Below, in pieces: positions 52,148 through 60,008 of a stretch of 64,000 nucleotides of DNA. The number at the start of each line of letters is the position of its first letter. Within the stretch, counting starts at the first letter, position 1. The stretch is from Hadesarchaea archaeon (GTDB lineage Archaea > Hadarchaeota > Hadarchaeia > Hadarchaeales > Hadarchaeaceae): positions 10,141-74,140 of the forward strand of contig JAUXAS010000001.1 in NCBI GenBank assembly GCA_030619825.1. Reading direction: 5' to 3'. The notes beneath the pieces are model-generated. The model was not told the DNA's origin, ran no database searches, and saw only the letters and a list, made by a program, of their open reading frames with translations. The translations under genes were made by a program, and so were the position numbers.

Positions 52148-52304
52148 AGCCCGGTGGGGTAGACCAGTGATAAATGGGCCCAATGGTCAGGGGTTAAACC
52201 CCCCACAAAATCCTGCGGGCCTTTGGAGCCCGCGACGGTGGAAGGGAAAATCCTGCCGAATTCGAATGTCGACGGGTCGACCGAAGTTCCGCCCCGGGCT
52301 ACCA
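52148..52304 (+). tRNA. tRNA-Gln(UUG) with four introns (52163-52183, 52189-52208, 52242-52260, 52267-52287)
   Basis: Spliced product AGCCCGGTGGGGTAGTGGTCAATCCTGCGGGCCTTTGGAGCCCGCGACGGTGGTTCGAATCCGCCCCGGGCTACCA folds as a cloverleaf; each intron has bulge-helix-bulge geometry. Confidence 0.88.
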
Positions 52305-52364
52305 TTTCGTTCAAGCTACAGCTACTGCAAGTTGGACTTCAACATAGGCAGAAGAAATCGCCCA

Positions 52365-53084
52365 TCACGAGCCGATCAAGATCAAGTCCTCGCGGGTGAC
52401 GAGCTCGTGGAGGTTCCGGACTTTTTCCACCTGGATGTCAGGATAGTTCGGCAGGCGCCCGCCCTGGGTCGAGGCCACAATGAAAAGACTAAACCCACCA
52501 GCTCGAACCTCTTCATACTTTGTTTTGATTCCTCCAACGGGCATCAGTACGCCCGTGGAACCAATGGACGCACTCACCACCGCATTTTGTCGCACTTGGT
52601 TAGGTTCGATATTTTCGCTAGCGTGGATTATCGCGACAAGTGCCACAGCCATCGCAGCGCTAGCAGAGGGCCCGGCGATCGTGGTTCCCTCGGAGAGATT
52701 TTCGAGGGAAACGATAACATCGACCTGCTCCAAGCTTTGGCCCGTCTCTAAAATCGACCAGTGCTCGGCGGCGTCCCTAGCATCGAAAAATGATTCCTGA
52801 GTATCTTCGTTCTCCCACGGCGGCACATTTATCAAGAGGCGGCCTTGGCCGGCTATCAGTCCCACTTTCAGAGTTGCGAGCATTCCCTCTCCGGTGCTCT
52901 TTTCAATCCCGACAATCATGATGGAGCGGGTGTGGTTCTCGCCGTCTGCAAGCTGGAGGGCGGGCAGCTCACTCATCCAGGTGGAAACGAGCACGGCTCC
53001 GAGCAGTAGCCCTAGGAAGAACGAGATAGCGAGGAAGCTGGCCAAGTAGGTTCTTTCCCTTCTCCTAGCCCTCCGGCGCGCCAT
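52365..53084 (-). CDS. Membrane-anchored Lon-type (S16) protease domain protein
   Basis: N-terminal TM; GPSASAA (Ser) and PVGGIKTK (Lys); no ATPase domain. Confidence 0.8.
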   Translation of the reverse strand: MARRRARRRERTYLASFLAISFFLGLLLGAVLVSTWMSELPALQLADGENHTRSIMIVGIEKSTGEGMLATLKVGLIAGQGRLLINVPPWENEDTQESFFDARDAAEHWSILETGQSLEQVDVIVSLENLSEGTTIAGPSASAAMAVALVAIIHASENIEPNQVRQNAVVSASIGSTGVLMPVGGIKTKYEEVRAGGFSLFIVASTQGGRLPNYPDIQVEKVRNLHELVTREDLILIGS

Positions 53085-53133
53085 GAGACCACGTTAATTA
53101 ATACGGATTCCGCTCTCCTTAAAATGTGGTCAA

Positions 53134-53547
53134 ATGCTACCGCGCGCCCTCCCCAAGCCCCAACTTATGGTTGATATAGCATTCGGCGAAGCTTTGGGCG
53201 TATTGTACATCATCTTCAGTTTGTCCCTAAGGGGAATCCAGTCAGAGGTCAACGCTTTATTCCTTGCGAGCTACGCACTGCTCGGTCTAGGTGCCCTTGT
53301 GCTTTACTTGGTTTTCAGCGCAAATCCAAATCTCGCACTTTTACTGCACATTTTTACATTCCCGCTGTTCAGTCTTTTCAACCTCTTCCTGAAGTGGGTG
53401 CCGGACGCGATAGGCAGGGGTGCAGATGTTCAGGTACTGTCCAGCCTCATCCTCGTTTACGTTTTACTCCTGTTGGCGTTCTTCGTCGTTCAGTCCATTT
53501 TGCGCACGCGGACGGCTGGTCGGATAGCAACTGTTCAACTTCCTTAG
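53134..53547 (+). CDS. Hypothetical membrane protein
   Basis: Four hydrophobic segments. Confidence 0.6.
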   Translation: MLPRALPKPQLMVDIAFGEALGVLYIIFSLSLRGIQSEVNALFLASYALLGLGALVLYLVFSANPNLALLLHIFTFPLFSLFNLFLKWVPDAIGRGADVQVLSSLILVYVLLLLAFFVVQSILRTRTAGRIATVQLP

Positions 53548-53656
53548 GTAATCGGAAGATTCTCGTGTTCCCAGAGACACCTCGGGAGCTCGTAAGGAAA
53601 TATTACATGTAACGTGCGGAAGAATAATATGACAAATAGGATATTTAGGTGATTCA

Positions 53657-54064
53657 ATGGATCTCCTTCAACTAATTCTGTTAGCAATGGTTGCACTGAC
53701 TTTAATTATTTCATTTCTTACATGGATAACCCAACAATCGGAACACCGTATAGGTCGCATAAAGTTTGATAAAGAATGGGCGAAAGGCCGACTTATTATG
53801 ATAAAAACCGAGTTAGAGGAAATAGCAAGCAAGCCAGAAGGATATGAGGGTAGATTATTAGCAAGGGTGGGGCAGGACAAATTATGGTGGCGCTCTCCGA
53901 TACTTTATGAACTTTCAGATATTGGTTATGTTCTGGGCCATATGGGTCTATTAGTCCCACGCACACTTATCTATACCATTCTAGAGAAAGATTTTTTCGA
54001 GAACACAGCTAAACTCCAAAAAGCGATAAACCAAATTGAAACACTGTTAAGAGAATTGAGTTAA
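53657..54064 (+). CDS. AT-rich hypothetical protein with N-terminal TM
   Basis: AGGTGA RBS, 135-aa ORF. Confidence 0.65.
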   Translation: MDLLQLILLAMVALTLIISFLTWITQQSEHRIGRIKFDKEWAKGRLIMIKTELEEIASKPEGYEGRLLARVGQDKLWWRSPILYELSDIGYVLGHMGLLVPRTLIYTILEKDFFENTAKLQKAINQIETLLRELS

Positions 54065-54147
54065 TTCTTTTATGGTTACGCCCAAAATTATTGGTTTCTC
54101 ACAACCACAAAAGGCGATTTTATTAGAGGGAGTAATTAATACTTGGT

Positions 54148-54279
54148 AGCCCCGTGGGGTAGACCAGCAGTGCTGGGCCTAAAGGCCAATCCTGGCGGAC
54201 GTCGTTAGGACCGCAATCTGGATCCGTCGACCCCGGTTCGAAATCGATTTAGCCGACGAAGTTCCGGGCGGGGCTACCA
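54148..54279 (+). tRNA. tRNA-Gln(CUG) with three introns (54163-54182, 54201-54216, 54243-54262)
   Basis: Spliced product AGCCCCGTGGGGTAGAGGCCAATCCTGGCGGACTCTGGATCCGTCGACCCCGGTTCGAATCCGGGCGGGGCTACCA. Confidence 0.88.
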
Positions 54280-54282
54280 TCC

Positions 54283-54516
54283 CTAAAGCTCAACAACGAT
54301 CGCCGTGTTCGTATCGACGACTCCCTTGATCTTGTGGATTCCTTCGACGACCGTGTTGGTCAGGGTGCTAAGATCTTTGGCCTCGACGAAAACAACGAGG
54401 TCGTAGGGCCCCGTGACCACGTGCACCGATTTCATCCCTCGAAGTCCCTCGAGTTCTTTCGAAACCTGTCTGACTTTACCTATCGCAGCAGTTATCAAAA
54501 TATACGCTTGTACCAA
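54283..54516 (-). CDS. Stand-alone Lrp/AsnC ligand-binding domain protein
   Basis: AYILI...VTGPYDLVV...IKGVVDTNT. Confidence 0.88.
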   Translation of the reverse strand: MVQAYILITAAIGKVRQVSKELEGLRGMKSVHVVTGPYDLVVFVEAKDLSTLTNTVVEGIHKIKGVVDTNTAIVVEL

Positions 54517-54561
54517 TTGCTCACCTCACCACCCCTTCTCTGGCGACGTTTAAAAATTTAC

Positions 54562-55137
54562 CTAAAATAACATCACGATGGACACGAGCAGGGGTACCTC
54601 AATTGCCGCCCACGCCGCGGGGCTCCACAAGAAGACTTTTTCTCCGTCTAGCGGTGGGAAGGGTAGCAAGTTGAAAAATGCTAGCCAGAGGTTAATAAGC
54701 GCGCCCCATAATCCTATATCGCCGATTAGGCCTGAGAAGTAACTCAAGGGGAAGAAGCAGCTGGCAATCACGATGTTCGTAGCCGGTCCTGCCAACCCGA
54801 TTAGCCCGCCCTGATGTCGGGTAAAATATGGCGATAAGATCATGACTGCCCCGGGAGCCGCGAACAAGAACCTGCCTCCGGAGGCTAAGCCGATCAGGAG
54901 CGCAAATGCTAAGCCCATCGTCCACATTCGGTAAACCGCGAAGTAGCCATATCGAACCGCAACAAATTTATGAGCGAGTTCGTGAGCGGTGAAGCCTAGG
55001 GCCAAAGGTATCGATATCACGGCAATCTGGTACCCTACATCCTCGAGAGGGAGAAATCCGATTCCTGAGACGGCAATCACAAGCGCAAGAACGGAGATCG
55101 AGATATGGCGCAACTCGATCTCGGTAAAACGGACCAT
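54562..55137 (-). CDS. M50 site-2 metalloprotease
   Basis: HELAH, AGPATN, FNLLPFPPLDG. Confidence 0.9.
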   Translation of the reverse strand: MVRFTEIELRHISISVLALVIAVSGIGFLPLEDVGYQIAVISIPLALGFTAHELAHKFVAVRYGYFAVYRMWTMGLAFALLIGLASGGRFLFAAPGAVMILSPYFTRHQGGLIGLAGPATNIVIASCFFPLSYFSGLIGDIGLWGALINLWLAFFNLLPFPPLDGEKVFLWSPAAWAAIEVPLLVSIVMLF

Positions 55138-55142
55138 TCAGG

Positions 55143-55337
55143 TCACGGTGATTCTTTAATGGTGAGTTTTCGCTTGAGGATGAGCTCAGCCGATCGAATG
55201 AGAGAACCACCGGCGCCTATTGCCCTAGCGGCTTGCCCCTTCGGCACGTAGACGACGAGCTCCTCCCCTTTTTCCTCAACTTTGTCTATCGGGACGTTCA
55301 GCATCTGCTTTAACTTTTCTAGCGTTTGTGCTTCCAC
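55143..55337 (-). CDS. Small KH-domain protein (NusA-like)
   Basis: AARAIGAGGSLIR GxxG loop. Confidence 0.7.
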   Translation of the reverse strand: MEAQTLEKLKQMLNVPIDKVEEKGEELVVYVPKGQAARAIGAGGSLIRSAELILKRKLTIKESP

Positions 55338-55451
55338 TTACTCAGCTCCACGTGAATTTTTCACAACCTCTTTAAAAAGTTTGCTAAATATCGAGATTCC
55401 CGCGAGCGAAATCGGGCTGACTTAGATCGCCCGAGTAGGAGCAGCAACACT

Positions 55452-56159
55452 CTAACTGACCCTATATTCCGCGCTCATCCTCCAACTCCCAGAAATCCCC
55501 CTGCTAAGCCGCTCATAGATGCCAGGCACGTGCCCAGCGCCCACCACGCATGCCACTTTGCCGGTGCTCGCGGACAGGAGCATCGCAACCCTCGAGGCCA
55601 TGTAGGCATCACGCTCCCTGATCAACACCTGGTAGGCGGTCGGTGAGGCCAGCTTCAGTTCGTGCAGCAAGTAAGTGACGATTTGGTCGTCGGTGAGCCG
55701 CTCAAGCTCCACGCGCTTTCCAAATGGAAGGAGGCCCAGCAGGAGCTCCGCGACCAGCCTGAGCCTTTCCCACCAGGGCATGCGATCGATGAGCCGTTGT
55801 AAAGTTATGCTGATGTCTCGGTCGATCAGCTCCACCCGTGCGCCGATCTTCTGAGCTTGCCTGATCGCGACCAACATCTCCTCTCCCGCCGGCATACCCG
55901 TCTGCCGCGAGAACTTTTTCTGGAGGAGGTAGAGCAGGCTGTTGAGCAGTGATAGTTTGACCCCCCCGGCGCGCATGACTTCAAGTATGCTCGGTCGTTT
56001 GAGGCCACGGGTGAGCGCTAGGTAGCGAGTGGGACATAGTTCAACAGCGACGATATCAGGTTTCTCCTCCGCGATGACGTGTCCGACTTCCACCGTGCTC
56101 TTCGGCAGCACGTGTGCGACGCCTATGAGGAAGAGACGGTCATCCAGCTTTTTTAGCAC
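55452..56159 (-). CDS. TraB/GumN family protein
   Basis: GVAHV, AVELC..R, GEEM, IDRDI, ERDAYM, VVGAGHVPG. Confidence 0.88.
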   Translation of the reverse strand: MLKKLDDRLFLIGVAHVLPKSTVEVGHVIAEEKPDIVAVELCPTRYLALTRGLKRPSILEVMRAGGVKLSLLNSLLYLLQKKFSRQTGMPAGEEMLVAIRQAQKIGARVELIDRDISITLQRLIDRMPWWERLRLVAELLLGLLPFGKRVELERLTDDQIVTYLLHELKLASPTAYQVLIRERDAYMASRVAMLLSASTGKVACVVGAGHVPGIYERLSRGISGSWRMSAEYRVS

Positions 56160-56817
56160 CCTTTCCACCCTTAACCTGGTAGGTGAGGAGGAGGTTTTTA
56201 CCAACTTTTGTGACCTTCTTGAGTTCGAGTCCAACTCCCCTTCGGACCTCGCCAAAACCCGCGCCGCCAACTAATGTTTTCGCCGTGGTCCCACCCACTA
56301 TTCGCGGGGCTACTGCCACCCGAACTTCATCGACCAAACCTTTATTGAGCATGCTCCAGTTGAGGGTCGAGCCGCCCTCGAGCAGGAGCTTGCGCACTCC
56401 CGCCGAGCGAAGTTTTTCGAGCAGCCTGTGCAGGTTCACCTCCTTTTCACCAGCGACGATGATCTTCGCGCCTGTCGCGCACAGCTTCTGTAGCCTTCGC
56501 TTCGAGGCGTTTTTAGTCGAAGCGATAACCGTAGGGGCTGAGTTGTCGAGGACCTTGGCGTCTAGAGGAGTTTTGGCGAAGCTGTCGATGACGACCCTTG
56601 TGGGGCTCTTGCCTCGCGCCCGTCGCACGGTCAGCGATGGGTTGTCGGCCAGTACCGTGCCAACGCCCACCATAACAGCATCGACGCTTGCACGGAGCTT
56701 GTGGACGCGGTCGAGGTCGGCCTCGCACGAGATTCGGCTGTCACCGGCAATGGTCGCGATCTTGCCGTCGAGCGTCATCGCGGCGTTGAGGATCACGTAG
56801 GGACGGGTCATCGGCAT
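56140..56817 (-). CDS. 2,5-diamino-6-ribosylamino-4(3H)-pyrimidinone 5'-phosphate reductase (RibD C-terminal type)
   Basis: AMTLDGKIA, VGVGTVLADNPSL, LLEGG. Confidence 0.9.
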   Translation of the reverse strand: MPMTRPYVILNAAMTLDGKIATIAGDSRISCEADLDRVHKLRASVDAVMVGVGTVLADNPSLTVRRARGKSPTRVVIDSFAKTPLDAKVLDNSAPTVIASTKNASKRRLQKLCATGAKIIVAGEKEVNLHRLLEKLRSAGVRKLLLEGGSTLNWSMLNKGLVDEVRVAVAPRIVGGTTAKTLVGGAGFGEVRRGVGLELKKVTKVGKNLLLTYQVKGGKGAKKAG

Positions 56818-56865
56818 GCCAAACGAAATCTTGTCCCCCAGCTCTTAAGTCGTTTGCAAGGGAGG

Positions 56866-56957
56866 GGCCAGGGCCGGGATTTGAACCCGACTCACGGGAT
56901 ATCTGCGAGAGGACTCGCCACAGTCCCGGATGTTAACCAGACTACACTACCCTGGCC
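56866..56957 (-). tRNA. tRNA-His(GUG) with canonical 37/38 intron (56901-56917) and encoded G-1
   Basis: G-GCCAGGG...CGGGA CT GTG G[intron]A TCCCG...TTCAAAT...CCCTGGC-C. Confidence 0.92.
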
Positions 56958-57014
56958 ACATCTAAAAATTAGTGAGGCTTGTATTTAGGCTTGCTTTGTC
57001 GCGAGGTCCGGCGT

Positions 57015-57221
57015 CTAAGTGGGTTCTTCCCCAGGCTTTTCCTCTTCCTCTTTCTCCGCTGTTTCGATGCGTTCGCGTATGAACTGATACACGAGCTCTG
57101 AAACTCGGTCGCGAAGTTCATCGTCCTTCTCGAAGCGCTTGAAATAATCGTCCTTGAGCCAGTTCCAGCCGTGGGGTTTCCTCACTTTGAATGTTATCTC
57201 GGCCATGTCATCCTCCGCCAA
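57015..57221 (-). CDS. Small acidic hypothetical protein
   Basis: 68-aa ORF (alternative ATG start at 57206). Confidence 0.55.
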   Translation of the reverse strand: MAEDDMAEITFKVRKPHGWNWLKDDYFKRFEKDDELRDRVSELVYQFIRERIETAEKEEEEKPGEEPT

Positions 57222-57345
57222 TAACTGGGGATAACCATTATGTAAAACCTCTGGTGCGATATTAGAAGTTTGAACCTAGATTTGTCCTCCAGAACCTTCC
57301 CGGAAAATCACCTCTAAAAATGCCCAGACTGCTTTTGAATGCCTG

Positions 57346-57386
57346 TGGTGCGGGGGATGGGAATGAAACTCCGATTCGAACCTCTC
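57346..57386 (-). pseudogene. tRNA-Leu-like 3' fragment
   Basis: Minus strand GGTTCGAA[12 nt]TCCCATCCCCCGCACCA; no 5' half nearby. Confidence 0.6.
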
Positions 57387-57461
57387 GGCCTCATTTTCTG
57401 CAATTATTGTGCAAAGCCCCGGGTGAGAAAAATAAAAATCCTTTTGCGACATTGTGATGAT

Positions 57462-58097
57462 TCAGACCAAGAGTGGCGCGAATTTATAGATGAAGATGAT
57501 TCCAAAGCCAAGCAATGTACACCCACATGCGACTAGAATGGCTTTGTAGCTCCTTGTGCCTATCAGCCACTTCCCTTTCGCCACTGAGTACGAGACGAGC
57601 GAGAACCAGCTTAGGTCGGCGAGAAAATGTCCAGCCAACCAAAACCCAACTCCGGCTAAGGCCGCCACCAAATATGCCTGCATGAGCATCACCACGCCGA
57701 TCGTCGTCCACCAGAGGAAGACGCTTGGATTCAAAATTGTGCTGAAAAGTACACCCCCTACAATAGGATGATGTTTCAATTCCGCACTTGGTCGGGGCTC
57801 CGTGATCTTTCCGATCCGTGAGAGGTTGAATGCCCCGAATATCAAGAGCAATATACCTCCTAGGACGCCAACCACGGCTTGGAAACCCTGCTCCCTTAGC
57901 AGGTAACCAAGGCCCAGGGCGACGAGTAGAAGTATCCCAAGCTCGACCATGATATGGCCAATTGCAGCAAAGGTACCAGTCCTAGCGTCGCTGGATAATG
58001 TCTTCGTCGTGACATACGCCAACATGGGGCCAGGTATTAGGGCTCCGGATAGCGCTATAACAAAACCAATTGGAAACTGAGCTATTGCTTCGATCAT
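57462..58097 (-). CDS. LysE-family translocator
   Basis: SGALIPGP, GH..VE, NPSVFLWW. Confidence 0.88.
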   Translation of the reverse strand: MIEAIAQFPIGFVIALSGALIPGPMLAYVTTKTLSSDARTGTFAAIGHIMVELGILLLVALGLGYLLREQGFQAVVGVLGGILLLIFGAFNLSRIGKITEPRPSAELKHHPIVGGVLFSTILNPSVFLWWTTIGVVMLMQAYLVAALAGVGFWLAGHFLADLSWFSLVSYSVAKGKWLIGTRSYKAILVACGCTLLGFGIIFIYKFAPLLV

Positions 58098-58263
58098 TTA
58101 ATCCCAAGCTTGCTGGTGGTTGCAATTTTAAAAATCTCTGGTTTGAAACGTAATAGTGCGCCGGCATTTTTAACCTATGGTGCGGTATCAAGGGTTTGAA
58201 CCTAAATTTGTACCTTCCAAAACCCTTTCGGAAATCACTTCAAAATCTAGCTAATTTTGCCTT

Positions 58264-59025
58264 TCACGATTTATGTGCTTTTACTTTGACACTTGTGATT
58301 TTTCCAGCCAATCTGTCATCTAACCCAGGTTCACAAAATGTGTTCTGAGAAACAATATTGACATCTCTAAACCCTGCTTTCTTTATTGTGTCTAAATACT
58401 CTTTTTTCTTTAATGCTCCGGCAATACATCCAGCCCAAGCCTCAAAGTTTTTTCTAATGTCTTCTGGTAATTCACCCTCTGTAACTAAATCGGAAATCAA
58501 AATTCTTCCACCCGGTTTTAAAACTCTGCACGCTTCTTGATATGTTCGTAATTTATCTGGAGAAAGATTGATGACGCAGTTACTGATAATTACATCAACC
58601 GAGTTATCTTCAAGAGGCAAATTTTCAATTTCTCCAACTCTGAATTCCACATTTTTATATCCATAGTTTTTTGCTATTTCATTGGCTCTTTTAACCATTT
58701 CTTCCGTCATATCAATTCCAACAACGTGGCCCCCTGATCCTACTTTATTTGCAGCCAAAAATACATCAATTCCTGCACCCGCCCCCAAATCCAAGACCGT
58801 TTCTCCTTTTTTCAAATCCGCTAATGCTGTTGGGTTGCCACACCCCAAACCCATGATAGCAGATTCCGGGATGTTTCCAAGTTCGTCTTCAGAATAACCG
58901 ATATTTTTCGCTTGTTCCATTACATTAATTCCGCATGGACCACAAGTAGGGCAACAACTGGTGCCTTCTTTAGCTATTTTTGAATATCTTTTCCTAACAA
59001 TTTTTTTAATTTTTTCTTTTTGCAT
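58264..59025 (-). CDS. arsM: Arsenite methyltransferase
   Basis: SCC, GLGCGNP, LDLGAGAGID, ISNCVINL, WAGCIAGA. Confidence 0.9.
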   Translation of the reverse strand: MQKEKIKKIVRKRYSKIAKEGTSCCPTCGPCGINVMEQAKNIGYSEDELGNIPESAIMGLGCGNPTALADLKKGETVLDLGAGAGIDVFLAANKVGSGGHVVGIDMTEEMVKRANEIAKNYGYKNVEFRVGEIENLPLEDNSVDVIISNCVINLSPDKLRTYQEACRVLKPGGRILISDLVTEGELPEDIRKNFEAWAGCIAGALKKKEYLDTIKKAGFRDVNIVSQNTFCEPGLDDRLAGKITSVKVKAHKS

Positions 59026-59198
59026 TTTTTAACCTCTATCTTTTCATTTCAAATATGTGCGTCAGCCATTTTTAACCTGTGGGTGGTATTAGGGTTTGAA
59101 CCCAAATTTGTACTCATAACCCAAAATACCATTATCTTAAGAAAAAGGTATTAGATCCTACTAGGTAGATAATAAGGAACTTTGAAGAGGATCATTTT

Positions 59199-59906
59199 AT
59201 GGGAAAAAGATTCGTAAGTGTTGGTCTAAATGACACGTTCACTAAAATTTGGAGCCTTAGGAATAACATAAGACCATTTGTGCACGAGGGAGAATGGACT
59301 AAAAGAGAATGGGCGAGAGGAAGAAACGAATACCTAACTTTCCTGATAAAAATTGATAGCGAAGAGATAGTGGAGAGGATAAGAGATGTCCAAAAGAAAC
59401 TTTCCATTGCCTCGTGCATAGATCCGTTTCCAAGGGAGTACTTTCACATCAGCGTGAAAGGCGGAGGTTTTCTGGTTGGAACTAGAAAATCCAGTGATGA
59501 AATTAATAGGGAGAATGTCGCAAAAATTATGAGCCAAGCCTGTAAAACGTTAGAAGATGTAAAACCATTTAGAGTCTGGCTGAAAAGGCTGAATATTTTT
59601 TCGGATGTAGTTTTCGTGGAAGTTCATGATAGTACCATCAAGAAGATGCATAAATTGCTAAAAGAGCGAATAAATTTTCTTGGTAGTTTTAGGTACGAAG
59701 GAGACTCGTTTATCCCACATTTGAGCATCTGCGGATTCAAAAATGAAAAAGAGTTTGGTAAATTGTTGAAGATACTGGAAAAACTCAGAAATACTTCGTT
59801 CGGTGTTTTTGAGGTAGACTCTTTGGATTTAGTAGTTGCGCACCTTAATCACAAATATCCTATCTTAGAAACTATTCATGTTTATCCACTATTGTCCCCT
59901 AGGTAA
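59199..59906 (+). CDS. 2H phosphoesterase (2'-5' RNA ligase family)
   Basis: FHIS and PHLS HxS motifs. Confidence 0.8.
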   Translation: MGKRFVSVGLNDTFTKIWSLRNNIRPFVHEGEWTKREWARGRNEYLTFLIKIDSEEIVERIRDVQKKLSIASCIDPFPREYFHISVKGGGFLVGTRKSSDEINRENVAKIMSQACKTLEDVKPFRVWLKRLNIFSDVVFVEVHDSTIKKMHKLLKERINFLGSFRYEGDSFIPHLSICGFKNEKEFGKLLKILEKLRNTSFGVFEVDSLDLVVAHLNHKYPILETIHVYPLLSPR

Positions 59907-60008
59907 CCCTTCAGATGCAGTTATTTCCGGAAAACTCCGTAGAAAATGTTCGGATTATCTCTGAAGAACCTAGTGATTCAAATTAAGGCGTCTTCGATAT
60001 CTTGTAAG

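Larger units (their letters stand above)
57235..59120 (-). repeat. Three dispersed intergenic repeats containing a tRNA-3'-end-like core
   Basis: Copies near 57235-57325, 58160-58250, 59062-59120; shared AACC-x-TGGTGCG-x-GTTTGAACCYARATTTGT. Confidence 0.8.

Noticed and set aside
52117-52751. ORFs 52143-52751 (+) and 52117-52314 (-)
   Set aside because: They overlap the tRNA-Gln gene and the Lon-like gene; no protein motifs.
53628-53650. GACAAATAGGAT, partial match to the 38-39 kb palindrome
   Set aside because: Left arm missing; could be chance in AT-rich DNA.
52148-54148. The two tRNA-Gln genes start exactly 2000 bp apart
   Set aside because: Different anticodons and introns, so not an assembly duplicate; spacing treated as coincidence.
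57339-57536. 65-aa ORF with CxxC
   Set aside because: Overlaps the tRNA-like fragment and the lysE stop; no support.
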